From an uncultured Eubacterium sp. (GTDB lineage Bacteria > Bacillota > Clostridia > Lachnospirales > Lachnospiraceae), in the NCBI GenBank assembly GCA_964462405.1, contig CAYWXJ010000001.1, positions 14,263 to 78,262 on the forward strand: a DNA stretch of 64,000 nt. Direction: 5' to 3'. This document shows positions 1 to 10,006 of the stretch, piece by piece. The notes beneath the pieces were generated by a model. That model was not told the origin of the DNA. It ran no database searches and saw nothing but the letters and a program-made list of their open reading frames with translations. The translations under genes and the position numbers were made by a program. The number at the start of each line of letters is the position of its first letter. Position 1 is the first letter of the stretch.

Positions 1-164
1 TCTGTCTGTTCCTCTGTTGGCGGAATAATATTTCCGCTGCTGTCTACGCCGCCATCGCCAAATGCCATGCCGGTAATGACCGGCAATTTGATAATTCCAG
101 CACTTGCCTGCACAAGATTCTTCCTGCGCGTTTTTGTAATAGCCGTATTTGCTGTTGCTGCCAT
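1..164 (-). CDS. Phage tail/baseplate-distal protein, N-terminal part (runs off window)
   Basis: ATG at 164 directly after the upstream TAG; reads MAATANTAITKTRRKNLVQASAGIIKLPVITGMAFGDGGVD..., open to window edge. Confidence 0.75.
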   Translation of the reverse strand, partial: MAATANTAITKTRRKNLVQASAGIIKLPVITGMAFGDGGVDSSGNIIPPTEEQT

Positions 165-1292
165 CTAAAATGCCTCCTTCTTATAAAATGAATTTAGTGT
201 TGTGCTGCCATTGAAAAGAAGGCCGCCATCCATGAAATGCAAGTTGATTTCTGAAACAATGCTGCCTTCTCCAATTATTTCTTCTCCGGTGTTTATGCCG
301 GATAGAATTTCAGTATTTGTTTTTGTGCGGCCCCTTGCAGCATTCAAGCCACTGCTGCCGTCTAAGCGGTTCTCTCCGCTAAGATACTCGCTGCCCCAGG
401 CGTCTACGGCCTGTGACATGCTGCTGCCGGATAACTGTACTTCGGGGTTTGTAGTAAACCCTGCGCCGGTTTCTGTAAGCCTGCTGGCTTTTATGCTTTC
501 CGGTCCATGCCGGATTTTCTCGTTGTACTGTAGCCCAGGCGTACAAATGTACCTTCGTTTATCCAGCGTCTGGCTGCCGTCTAAATATCCGGTACCGTCC
601 ATATATTCCGTATTCCAGAACGGCACGTGTACGCTCATGCGCATGTTAGGAAAAAGAATCTTTTCCAGGCTCTTACAGTCAAGCGCCGTTTCTGTAAAGT
701 CCGCCAGTATAAAAACAAGGTGCGCCGGAAGTTTACTCTCCAGCAGATTCAAAATATCAGAGGTATACACCTTTTGCGTGCCGTCCCGATACAGTGTGAT
801 ATAAAGCGCCTGTATTTCTCCGCTGTATGTTTTTGTTCCGGTTTCGTCTAAAAGACGCGCACCGTTACATAGCGTTTGGCCGTCCAAATACAAATATCTG
901 GTTTCGCCGGTATTATCGTTATAGGCTTTTAGCTCTATATCTATTTCCGCATCCGTATAGGCCTGTATCATGTTTTTAATCAGGGAAGCGGACATTTTAC
1001 CATTGCCCACAAAATGTGCCTTAATGATTCTTCGGCGCATTTCCATGGATTTTGCTTTGTTATAATCCAATTTCAAAAAAGTTTCCAAGTTTCCGATTGT
1101 TTCAGCATCTGCATAGTCTATGAAGTTATTAAGATACGCCCGTTCTATGCCGTTTTCCACGCCATCAGCAAGTTTGCCCTGGGCCTTCAAAATCTCCTGC
1201 ATTTCATAAACCTGTTGGTAAAAAGCAGGGTAGTAGGTTATGAGCTCTTCATAGTTGTTTGCAAAAGCCTTTTCGTAAAATGTCAGACTCAT
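165..1292 (-). CDS. Baseplate wedge/tail protein (XkdU/DUF2313-like N-terminus) with repeated xxDGxxxLDGSxxL motifs
   Basis: Follows baseplate J; N-terminal YYPAFY...E...IL...G pattern; four LDG-type repeats. Confidence 0.7.
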   Translation of the reverse strand: MSLTFYEKAFANNYEELITYYPAFYQQVYEMQEILKAQGKLADGVENGIERAYLNNFIDYADAETIGNLETFLKLDYNKAKSMEMRRRIIKAHFVGNGKMSASLIKNMIQAYTDAEIDIELKAYNDNTGETRYLYLDGQTLCNGARLLDETGTKTYSGEIQALYITLYRDGTQKVYTSDILNLLESKLPAHLVFILADFTETALDCKSLEKILFPNMRMSVHVPFWNTEYMDGTGYLDGSQTLDKRRYICTPGLQYNEKIRHGPESIKASRLTETGAGFTTNPEVQLSGSSMSQAVDAWGSEYLSGENRLDGSSGLNAARGRTKTNTEILSGINTGEEIIGEGSIVSEINLHFMDGGLLFNGSTTLNSFYKKEAF

Positions 1293-2401
1293 GTTGCAAT
1301 ATCCACCTCCCCTAATACGGGCACGTCATCCTGGCCGGGAATAATATTTTCAGCCTCGCCATTCAGCAGCAGATTTTTATAATCAACAATACATGCCAAG
1401 TCTGTCAGTATGCCGCCGATAGTGGTAAGGCGCACAACAACGTCTGCTGTTTCTTTTGCATTCACACATAACCTTTGCAGATAATCGCCGACTGCTTCTT
1501 GCACTTCGGTCAGGGCGACTTCAACGGTATAATTCGTCTCCAGCTCTGCGGTAAATGAAATGTTAACCGGTAAAGCCTCCGCTGACATTGCCGTAAAATG
1601 TGCGCCAATATTCGCACACCCTTCGCCAAGGCCGTCACCCACAACATAGGTTTTCCCATCTACCGTAGTAGTGTAGCCCTTTGTTGCCGGGTCCACATAA
1701 TTCTGTACCTCGGACACTTTTGTCTGGCTGCATGGATTTCCATTTGTATCAACCAGTACAGCTTTTACCGTATTAGGTCCGTTCCACAAAGGATATATCC
1801 TAGCTCTTCCTATACCGTCAACCTCTTCACACCATAGCTTATAATGCTCTTTGTTGCCGTTTTCTGCCGGCCCTGAAATTTTGCTCTGTACTCTTGACCG
1901 CAAAGAGTCGTCAGTTTCTGTATCTGCACCATACTCGTAAATTTTGCCAAAGGTGGCACTTGTCAGTTCCTCAATATTTCCAACGGGCAAAGCAATCGTT
2001 CCTACAGTTATATTGTTGCACACTGTACCGGTTTCTTCGGCTTCAAGGTAGCGAATATCATTATCGCTGTCATAACGAAGTGTGAAAAAATATTCATCCG
2101 TAAAAAATCTTTCACCTGTACTTGGCGTAGTGCCTTCAAAAGTAACATAATACTTCGCAGCACTCGGGTCTCGTCGTGTTATGCCATATTCACCGGCTTT
2201 CGTGTCGAGTGCGTCCCCTGTTGCATTTGCTACTGTGGTCATATCAATTACAAGACTAAGGTCCGCATAGAGCTTTGCAATTTTTTGCGTGATAGCAGAA
2301 ACGGCGTCATAAAAAATGCTGCCCTGTCTTGTATCAATATCATCAGGGGCAGCGTCTAAAACGTCATCCATTAAATTTTCAAAAGTCATATCCTCAAACA
2401 C
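1289..2401 (-). CDS. Baseplate J-like protein (XkdT-like)
   Basis: MFEDMTFENLM...DTRQGSIFYDA, ATGDALD, GADTETDDSLRSR, GNKEHYKLW, PLWNGPNTVK motifs. Confidence 0.9.
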   Translation of the reverse strand: MFEDMTFENLMDDVLDAAPDDIDTRQGSIFYDAVSAITQKIAKLYADLSLVIDMTTVANATGDALDTKAGEYGITRRDPSAAKYYVTFEGTTPSTGERFFTDEYFFTLRYDSDNDIRYLEAEETGTVCNNITVGTIALPVGNIEELTSATFGKIYEYGADTETDDSLRSRVQSKISGPAENGNKEHYKLWCEEVDGIGRARIYPLWNGPNTVKAVLVDTNGNPCSQTKVSEVQNYVDPATKGYTTTVDGKTYVVGDGLGEGCANIGAHFTAMSAEALPVNISFTAELETNYTVEVALTEVQEAVGDYLQRLCVNAKETADVVVRLTTIGGILTDLACIVDYKNLLLNGEAENIIPGQDDVPVLGEVDIAT

Positions 2402-2895
2402 TAAATCGCCTCCTTGTCAATTGTAATACTGCCGAAAATAGTTTCTAACGAAAAACTTATGTAGGCATTATCGTCTTTAAATTCAATCTCAAAATCATCA
2501 ATTTCTGAGATTCTGGTATCTTGTGAAAGTGCGTCTCTTACAAAACCCTCAATCGCTGTTCGCATATACTCTTCAGACGAGCCATCTGACATATCTGGCC
2601 TTGCTGTTTCACTGCCATACTGGTCATCATAAATTAGGCAGTCAAAACGCGGCGTTGCAATACATTTTCTGATTGCTTGCTCAAGAGCCTCTGCCTCGTC
2701 AATAATGCCGACAATTCGGCCTGTGTCTAAGTCGAGTTTATATGTTCTTGAGGTCTCTTCCTCCTCATCCTCGCTGTCTGTGTCCTCGTCATCCTCATCA
2801 TCATCGTTTATGTCGTCACCAGTAAAGTCAATTAGGTAGTTGTCCTCATCGTCGGTATCTTCTGTGTCATCAATTTCTAATTCTTCATCAGCCAT
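2401..2895 (-). CDS. Baseplate protein (XkdS/DUF2634, gp25-like) with acidic N-terminal extension
   Basis: SRTYKLD..GRIVGIIDEAEALEQAIRK..TPRF..LIYDDQYGSE pattern; position before baseplate J. Confidence 0.82.
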   Translation of the reverse strand: MADEELEIDDTEDTDDEDNYLIDFTGDDINDDDEDDEDTDSEDEEEETSRTYKLDLDTGRIVGIIDEAEALEQAIRKCIATPRFDCLIYDDQYGSETARPDMSDGSSEEYMRTAIEGFVRDALSQDTRISEIDDFEIEFKDDNAYISFSLETIFGSITIDKEAI

Positions 2896-2898
2896 ACG

Positions 2899-3144
2899 CT
2901 ATACCCTCCCCAGCACAAAAAATTGTTTTCCCATGCCAGAAGCTAAAATATAGACTTCGTCGCCTTTTACAAGGTTTTTGACATGCTGCGGTACTTTTGT
3001 TACTTCGTCACTGATTATGTATTTATCATCGCCGGTCATTTGTATCTCCAAAGGACTTGCTTTAATTACAGTACCTTGCAAAACATCAGTTCTACCGGTA
3101 TTGATTTGCTGAAATGCTTCTTTTATGCTTGTCATGTTAATCAC
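2899..3144 (-). CDS. XkdR/DUF2577-like baseplate protein
   Basis: GTVIKASPLEI...LVKGDEV...GKQFFVLGRV; GTG start with AGGAG RBS. Confidence 0.75.
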   Translation of the reverse strand: MINMTSIKEAFQQINTGRTDVLQGTVIKASPLEIQMTGDDKYIISDEVTKVPQHVKNLVKGDEVYILASGMGKQFFVLGRV

Positions 3145-3150
3145 CTCCTG

Positions 3151-4134
3151 CTATTTTGTTAAATCATTTACATAGGTCAAAACAAGATTCATAGTGTGGG
3201 CATTTCCTTCAAAAGTGTGTGTATCTTGGTCAACATAAAATGTCTTTTTTAGGCCTAGGGCTTTGATGATGATATACACGCCCCTGCCGGATATAACACT
3301 CGGAATACCTAGGGCATCAATAGTCAAGGTACGTTCCGGTGTTCCCAGTTCTTTGGACACGCTTTTTACGAGTTTCTTTATTTGTGCCTTGCTCATAGAG
3401 TCATCAGGGGATTGCACCTCTTGAAAAATGCCGATTTTTTTTTCAAGTGCTTTATCCTTTGCACTAGCCACGACTTTTCCTTTATCTGATACAATCTTCA
3501 CTCTTGTTCTTACGTCCTCAATACTTTTCGTGTAAGAATAGCTTTCAATATTTGTGCCTTCCTCAATTACCCACTGTACAAAATTTTCACGCCTTGTCAG
3601 TAATTTTAATTTGCCTTTTTCACAAGCCACATAATGCCTTATGCCAGTTGACTCATACTCTTGATTCATAGCGTCACAAATAACATCAAAGGCTGTGCTT
3701 TTGCTCTTTGTTAATTCTTTAATAACATGACTGCATTTTGCCACTTTTGTATAAGGAATCTTAAACCTGTTGCAAACACTCTTAAAAATTGCGTCAGCAG
3801 TCTTTTTCTTATAAACAAAGGTATCTCGGTTATTTGCCAGATAAATACCTATGTCATATGCAATAAAGGTTTCTTGCTTTTTACTGTCTTGCGTTGTTGA
3901 CATAATCAAGCCACGAAAAAGTTCTTTGCCATTGTACTTAAAAATACAAGTATGACCAGCCATCACTTTTATTTTTGCTCTGTCATGGCCAGCTCCATTG
4001 TCATCAATTAAAGTTACATTGATACTTCTTGATGCCGAACCCTTCCGGCCTTTCCAAACAACTTTTTGCACAAGGTCCGTAATATCATAGCCCTTTTTAT
4101 TTTTGTATAATGCAAGGTACACACCGCTTGCCAT
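3151..4134 (-). CDS. Baseplate hub protein (XkdQ/YqbQ-like)
   Basis: DITDLVQKVVWKG...ASRS, ELFRGLI, AYDIGIYL, FYVDQDTHTF; follows LysM protein. Confidence 0.82.
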   Translation of the reverse strand: MASGVYLALYKNKKGYDITDLVQKVVWKGRKGSASRSINVTLIDDNGAGHDRAKIKVMAGHTCIFKYNGKELFRGLIMSTTQDSKKQETFIAYDIGIYLANNRDTFVYKKKTADAIFKSVCNRFKIPYTKVAKCSHVIKELTKSKSTAFDVICDAMNQEYESTGIRHYVACEKGKLKLLTRRENFVQWVIEEGTNIESYSYTKSIEDVRTRVKIVSDKGKVVASAKDKALEKKIGIFQEVQSPDDSMSKAQIKKLVKSVSKELGTPERTLTIDALGIPSVISGRGVYIIIKALGLKKTFYVDQDTHTFEGNAHTMNLVLTYVNDLTK

Positions 4135-4150
4135 TTTCCATTCACCTTCT

Positions 4151-4858
4151 TTAATTAGGTAGTTTTAAAACTTGTCCTGCTTTTATTTTATTGGGGTTGC
4201 TGCCAATTACTTTTTTATTGGCATTGTAAATCTTTTTATACTTGGAACCGTCGCCATAATATTTTTTGGCAATATTCCAAAGGCTGTCCCCTTTTTTCAC
4301 AGTGTACGTGCTAGGGACAGCCTTTGAATTTACTCTTTTTGATGTTGCTTTCTTTTTTGCTTTTTTGCTCTTTTTCTTTTTGTTGATTTTTCTGACTTCC
4401 ACCTCCCTGTACTCTTTCAATTCTAAACTATATTGATAGCTACCAACATCTCCGCCATCCTCTTCATAATTAAAATTTTCAATCGTACAATAACAATCAA
4501 CAAGGCAACCGGTTATCATAAAATGTACCGGCTTTTTATTTTCTTTCCACTTATTGATTTTCTCAATAATCTGCGTTGGACTCGGGTCCTCTACTACATT
4601 TTTCTTTTTTGATTTGTTTTTCTTTGTTACAATTTTGCTGGCATGTATGCCGGGAAAGTCATCTGCCGGCAAAAAACTTGAAAAGCTATATACAAAGGCT
4701 TTTCGGTCTTGCTTTATGGTTATTTCACCAAGTCCTACAATACTTACATTCGTGTTATTGCTGCCGTTTTTTATAGTAATGCTTTCCGGCAATACAGGAA
4801 ACTTAATTTTGTTCTTTTCTGCATCATACGTAAGCCACATCTGGTACCTAGAACTCAT
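4151..4858 (-). CDS. LysM-domain tail/baseplate protein (XkdP-like)
   Basis: FPVLPE N-terminus; C-terminal LysM YTVKKGDSLWNIAKKYYG...NPNKIKAGQVLKLP; ATG 4858 has a GGAG RBS (ORF track start 4879). Confidence 0.88.
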   Translation of the reverse strand: MSSRYQMWLTYDAEKNKIKFPVLPESITIKNGSNNTNVSIVGLGEITIKQDRKAFVYSFSSFLPADDFPGIHASKIVTKKNKSKKKNVVEDPSPTQIIEKINKWKENKKPVHFMITGCLVDCYCTIENFNYEEDGGDVGSYQYSLELKEYREVEVRKINKKKKSKKAKKKATSKRVNSKAVPSTYTVKKGDSLWNIAKKYYGDGSKYKKIYNANKKVIGSNPNKIKAGQVLKLPN

Positions 4859-7800
4859 AACTGTAGTCTCCTTCCTCATAAATCTCTTGCTGGAGAATTC
4901 CCAAAAGCGTGGGCTTGAGATGCTCGGTCAGTATTTCGAGAATACTCTCCTTGCTTGCCCCACCATTTCCGCCAACTTCAATCGCGCCGCTGCCAGTAAT
5001 CTCAAGTAGAATCTTTTTAACAGATTCTTTCGAGTCATTGTCTCCACCTGTCTGGTTTTGTACCTCGACATTAAGAGGCGTGCTTTCTCGATTGCTGAGT
5101 GAGTCGATGATTCGGTCGGTTTCTTGCGTTGGAAATACAGTGCTTCCCTGCTGCCCTACAATTAACTCTGGCCCGTCTTCACCTGCGATATAAAAATCAT
5201 CGCTGTCTGTTGTTCCGTTTGCATAAGCCGCAGCCTTGCTAACAATCAACTCTGACCCAGCTTCACCAGCAATAAACATATTTTCAGCATTGGTTGTACC
5301 ATTTGCGTGCGCTGGCGTTGCAGTTGTCGTTGTCGTCGTAGCTCCTGTGCCGTCTGATGTACTGCTGACTGTATTGGTTTTATTTAAAGCTTTACTAACA
5401 GAGTTAGCAACATCTTGTGCGGCAGTGACAGCTCCGCTTTTACCGGCTTTAATTGCGTTAATATAGCCATTGATAGTATTGGTAGCCGACTTTTTCGCTT
5501 CCTCTGACAAATCCATATCGTTAATCGTATCAGCCATATCTTTTGCATAGGAGTTCATTTGCTCGGTAAAGTCTGTTTGCCAATCTGCTGTTTTTGCTGC
5601 AAGTTCTTCCTGTTTATCATTGACTTTTCCAACAGTCTCTGCCAACTTCGCAACTGTTTCCTCATCACCGTTTTTGATTGCTTCCGCCATACTGTGTGCA
5701 AGTCCCGCAGCTTCTTCACTTCCGTCTTGCGCATAGGACATCAAGGCTTTATAGTTTTCCTCTGTTATTCCCAAATCAGAAGCCGAGGTATCTCGTAATG
5801 TGTCAACATCGGCGGAATAGCTTTTCCAGTATTCAAGCTGAGAGTTCATCGCTTTTTGTGCATTTTCTATTGTCGCGTTGGCATAGTCCTCTGATTTCAT
5901 TGAAGCTGTATCGAATAAACTGAATTGGCCTTCAAAGCTGTCAAGAGCTGCGTCATATGCCTCATCATAAGCTGTACATAGTTCTTCAATTTTTTCCTGA
6001 ACACCCTCATATGCCGTTGCTGCAGCCTCTTTATATGTCATTGTTTCATTCTCTGCTTTTTCTGCTGCTTCCGCAACATCTTCCCAGTCAGACTCTATCT
6101 CTTCAAGAGCTGCCTGATTTTCTGCGTAGGCTGCATTTAAGTCTTCCAGTGCGTCCGAGTAGTTATCTGTATCAGTCGCCCACGCGCCGAGCCAGCCCGT
6201 CTTATCATAAAACCACTGGTCTGTTAAAGCATCGGCGTTGTCATCGCTCTCTTGAGAGAGCTTCAAGTTTTCTTCCGCTTTTGCAATTTCATCCTCGAGG
6301 TTCGCCTGCTCTTTCAGCAAATCAATATAGGCTTGTTTCTGTTCGGCTTGCCGTTCTTGCTCAGCCTGTTCTTCTGCAGCCTTTTTCATTGCCTCTATGC
6401 TAGCCTCTGTACTTTTGGTTACATCATCATAAGACAAAGCGAGGTCTGGCAAGTCCTCATTCAGTTGGTCGATAATAGACTTCATTTCTTCATCTTGCGC
6501 AGCCGTTCTTTCTGTCTGGTCTGCTAAATCTTCCAACTTTTGAATTAGGCCAAGTGTACTCTGTTCATTTTGGTTTATAGACGTCATGCTGTCATCATAG
6601 CTTTGAATCAATTCACTATGGCTCTGTACAAGGTCATCAACTTCAGCCTCAAATTCTTCAAGTGTTTGTTGGTTTGCCTCAAAAGATTCTGATAAATCGT
6701 CAACCTGATATTTGAGACGTAATGCCTCTTCTGAGGTTTCACCATATTTTTCACAGGCATTCTCATACTCAGAATTTAAGTCTTGCAATTCATAATACTG
6801 TTTTCTTGTAACTTCTGTCATGCCCGCAGTTTCGTCCTCTGCATCAGAGAACATTGCAACAAGAGCTGTTCCTGCTGCTACAACGCCGGTAATTGCAAGT
6901 GCTACCCAGCCAATTGGACCAAGTGCCGTATTTAATGCTATTCCAAATGCCGATACCGCAGGAATCGCTACGGTTGTTGCAAATGTCACGCCAGCCATGC
7001 CAGTAACTACAACGCCTAGCCCTATACCAATGGCAGTAATTGCCTTTGTTACTACCGGGTGCTCATTCAAGAAGTCACCCACGTCATTTACTATGCTGGC
7101 AAGTCCAGAAGAAATAGCACTAAATGCAGGCTCTAGTGCGCTTGTAAACGCGGCACTTACATTATTTGTTGCCTGTGACCATTTTTGGTCAAGAGTTTGT
7201 GCTGCGTCGGCTGTTGTCGCAAGAGTTCCATCTGCATTTTCTAGGGCACTTACCATATCATCTAAAGATAATACGCCTCCATTAACGGCATTTACAATCG
7301 CTGGGCCCGCCTTGCTTCCAAATAATTCAGAGGCTTGCGCGGCATCCATTGCCCCACTGGCTATCTGGTCAAATACCTCGTTGAGCTCATCTAAAGAGCT
7401 TATATCGCCACTTGCAAGGGCTTTTCTAAAGCCAGTCATAACAGTAGCAGAGTTGGTACCGGCGAGCTCAAAATTCATAAACATCGCCGTTGCCTCATCC
7501 AGTGAAAAACCAAGCTGATCAAGAATTGCTTTGTTATTTGTAAGCTGTGAAGTAAGTGAGTCTACGCTAATACCACTTGCCTGTCCTGCGTATGTCATTT
7601 TACTAAGCACAGACTCCATTTGTGAGGCTGGTACATTCCATTGATTCATCAACTGCGTAATGCTTCTTACAGATGAGGCTGCATTTCCACCGGTAACTGC
7701 TGCAAAATCTAAAAACTGTTCTGTGGTTTCTGTCAAAGTGTCACCAGTATAAGCAAGCCTTGTGTTAAGTTCACCTACGACTGCGGCAGTCTCATCAAGA

Positions 7801-8852
7801 GTTCCTGTCTTGCTTGTTGCGTAGGCGCTCATCATGCTTTCGGTCAAGCCATCTAATGCGTCTCCTGTTGCTCCTGTTGCCTGTACAACGGTGCTTTCAG
7901 CGTTGCTAAAAGCATCAGCGAGTTCATATGCAGATTCTGCAATTTCTTTTACCGTTGCTGTTATTCCGGCAGCAGCTAATGCGCTCGCAACGCCTTCAAT
8001 CGCATTTTGTCCGGATTTTCCGGCTTCGTCTGCTTCCTTACTTGCTTCTTCTGTTGTTTTCGATAAATTTTCAGTAGCTTCACTTGCTTTGCCATTTGCT
8101 TCTGCTAAGTCATCGGCTGCATGGTAGGCCCGTTCAGCTGCTGCCTCAAGCTCATCAAGGTCTGACGTGCCTGATGCCATGACAGAATCATAATTCTCCA
8201 TGGCCGCAGCAGCTTCTTCCTGCGCTGTTGTCAGTTCTTGCATTGCCTCAGCTGCTGCTTCACTGGCAGCTTGTAATTCTTCTTTTGTTTCTGCCGATAC
8301 CTTTTCATCATTAGAAAGTTCTGATAAAAGAATATTTGCTTCATTGATGGTATCATTTAGGGCACTTTGAATTGGCTCCGAGCCTTCTAGCGCATTACTC
8401 AAATATGTAGCAGACTGCTCGCATAAATCAAGCATTTGCTGTTCTTCTTCAAGTGCTGCTGCTGACTTAAGGCCCATATCCACTAATTCTTCAGTAGAAT
8501 AAACTGCCTCAAGCATACTTGTATTGTAATTTCCCACGGCATCCGTCCAGTAATCTGTCTGTGTCATGGCATTCTCGGCAGATGCACCATAATTATCAAG
8601 AGTTTCTGATAAATTTTCAGCAGCAGAAGAGGCCCCTTCACTGGCCTCTTGCACACTACTAATGGAGGTTGCTACGCTATCAGCAGTTGTTGCCGATGTT
8701 GCAACAGAAGTTCCGATACCATCGAAGGCAGCACTCGCAGAGTCTCCAGCCTGCTCCCACTGGTTCATTGCAGCTTGGCCTTTTTCTGCCATGTTTGCCA
8801 GTTTATCACTGATTTCATCAACCAGGCTAAATTTTGCAGTAAAGTCTGCCAT
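4848..8852 (-). CDS. Tail tape measure protein
   Basis: 1334 aa, Ala/Glu-rich coiled coil with central hydrophobic segments, lying between tail chaperone and LysM gene. Confidence 0.93.
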   Translation of the reverse strand: MADFTAKFSLVDEISDKLANMAEKGQAAMNQWEQAGDSASAAFDGIGTSVATSATTADSVATSISSVQEASEGASSAAENLSETLDNYGASAENAMTQTDYWTDAVGNYNTSMLEAVYSTEELVDMGLKSAAALEEEQQMLDLCEQSATYLSNALEGSEPIQSALNDTINEANILLSELSNDEKVSAETKEELQAASEAAAEAMQELTTAQEEAAAAMENYDSVMASGTSDLDELEAAAERAYHAADDLAEANGKASEATENLSKTTEEASKEADEAGKSGQNAIEGVASALAAAGITATVKEIAESAYELADAFSNAESTVVQATGATGDALDGLTESMMSAYATSKTGTLDETAAVVGELNTRLAYTGDTLTETTEQFLDFAAVTGGNAASSVRSITQLMNQWNVPASQMESVLSKMTYAGQASGISVDSLTSQLTNNKAILDQLGFSLDEATAMFMNFELAGTNSATVMTGFRKALASGDISSLDELNEVFDQIASGAMDAAQASELFGSKAGPAIVNAVNGGVLSLDDMVSALENADGTLATTADAAQTLDQKWSQATNNVSAAFTSALEPAFSAISSGLASIVNDVGDFLNEHPVVTKAITAIGIGLGVVVTGMAGVTFATTVAIPAVSAFGIALNTALGPIGWVALAITGVVAAGTALVAMFSDAEDETAGMTEVTRKQYYELQDLNSEYENACEKYGETSEEALRLKYQVDDLSESFEANQQTLEEFEAEVDDLVQSHSELIQSYDDSMTSINQNEQSTLGLIQKLEDLADQTERTAAQDEEMKSIIDQLNEDLPDLALSYDDVTKSTEASIEAMKKAAEEQAEQERQAEQKQAYIDLLKEQANLEDEIAKAEENLKLSQESDDNADALTDQWFYDKTGWLGAWATDTDNYSDALEDLNAAYAENQAALEEIESDWEDVAEAAEKAENETMTYKEAAATAYEGVQEKIEELCTAYDEAYDAALDSFEGQFSLFDTASMKSEDYANATIENAQKAMNSQLEYWKSYSADVDTLRDTSASDLGITEENYKALMSYAQDGSEEAAGLAHSMAEAIKNGDEETVAKLAETVGKVNDKQEELAAKTADWQTDFTEQMNSYAKDMADTINDMDLSEEAKKSATNTINGYINAIKAGKSGAVTAAQDVANSVSKALNKTNTVSSTSDGTGATTTTTTATPAHANGTTNAENMFIAGEAGSELIVSKAAAYANGTTDSDDFYIAGEDGPELIVGQQGSTVFPTQETDRIIDSLSNRESTPLNVEVQNQTGGDNDSKESVKKILLEITGSGAIEVGGNGGASKESILEILTEHLKPTLLGILQQEIYEEGDYSYEF

Positions 8853-8870
8853 TTTTCTACTGCCTCCTTT

Positions 8871-9493
8871 CTATTTTCTATGTGCTATAGGCTTCCTATC
8901 TTCTTCTAATTCAGATGCAATATATAAGAGCTGTAATCTCCTAGGCATTGCCTCAAAATCTTCCATACGGAGCCCGTGGCGCTGCCAGAGGACGTGCGCC
9001 CAATAGCCGTCACCTCCGGAAGCCCTTATTAGTTTTTTGCTGCGTCCATATCTGCGCTGTCGTCAGGTGTTTCCATAAGTCCTAGCGCCTGCATAACGAT
9101 ACGTGAAACATGCTGGTATTCATCCGCACGGGAAAATACTTTTAACGGCATTTCCGTCATATCGGCGCAGCCATAATGCTTCATCAGTTCCGGGTCTTTC
9201 AGGTTCGGGTACTGCAACGCCTCGGCAATGATATGTCTGGAAGCTCTTGCATTGTCCTTCTCAACCTTCCAGACAACTTCGCCCGAGGCAATCAACGGGT
9301 TGCCTTTTTTATCCGTTGCCATACTGCGCTTTCTGTAAGCCTCGTTAATTTTATTGATGGTCTCCTGCGATAACACTTTGATTTCAAAGTTAATAACATC
9401 ACCGTTTTCATCTTTGAAGCTACTTGGACCGGGAGCTGTTACGATTTCTTCCTTAGTGTCACGCATAAAATATTTTAAATCTTTACTTGCCAT
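8871..9493 (-). CDS. Tail assembly chaperone, -1 frameshift extended form (G-T type)
   Basis: Slippery A AAA AAC (9038-9032) just before the TAA; -1 frame stays open for 54 codons (LIRASGGDGYWAHVLWQRHG...HRK*) to 8871. Confidence 0.8.
9029..9493 (-). CDS. Tail assembly chaperone (XkdN-like), short form
   Basis: Between tail tube and tape measure; YPNLKDPEL motif; ends ...DAAKN. Confidence 0.88.
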   Translation of the reverse strand: MASKDLKYFMRDTKEEIVTAPGPSSFKDENGDVINFEIKVLSQETINKINEAYRKRSMATDKKGNPLIASGEVVWKVEKDNARASRHIIAEALQYPNLKDPELMKHYGCADMTEMPLKVFSRADEYQHVSRIVMQALGLMETPDDSADMDAAKN

Positions 9494-9516
9494 AATAATC
9501 TCCTTTCAAAATAAAC

Positions 9517-9543
9517 GGCCCTTTTGAATAATCCAAAAGGGCC
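9517..9543 (-). terminator. Hairpin after tail tube gene
   Basis: GGCCCTTTTG / CAAAAGGGCC 10-bp stem followed by a T-rich stretch on - strand. Confidence 0.6.
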
Positions 9544-9549
9544 AAATCC

Positions 9550-9990
9550 TTATGCAATCGCTTTTGCATTAAAGCCAAAACTGTCATCTAATACCTGACC
9601 ATCGGCATCTAATGACAATAATGTTAAATCACCTGTCGGCACACATCCTACAACAGTGACTGTATCAGAACCATTGTTAGCATAATACTCAGAACCCTGG
9701 TCATCCATAATTCCTTGAATTGTAAGTTCTGGTGTCTTACCTGTTTTGACATAATCCATAATTAGCTGCTTTGTCCATGCAGTAGTGCGTCTTCTGGTAA
9801 CGGTACCGGTAATAGAGTAACCAAGCCAACGGCTACTATCATTTCTATCACCAAGCTGCTTGCCTGTCCACACATCCGGCGTAAACTTAATTTCGCATTT
9901 TACGGCGTCAAAAATTTCATAACCATCCAAAAATACTTTCCCCTCTCTAAGTGAAATGGGATTTTTATGATATTTTAAAAGTTCACTCAT
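9550..9990 (-). CDS. Tail tube protein (XkdM-like)
   Basis: ISLREGKVFLDG, GYSITGT; 146 aa, directly after sheath. Confidence 0.88.
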   Translation of the reverse strand: MSELLKYHKNPISLREGKVFLDGYEIFDAVKCEIKFTPDVWTGKQLGDRNDSSRWLGYSITGTVTRRRTTAWTKQLIMDYVKTGKTPELTIQGIMDDQGSEYYANNGSDTVTVVGCVPTGDLTLLSLDADGQVLDDSFGFNAKAIA

Positions 9991-10006
9991 TTTTCTGCCT
10001 CCTTTC

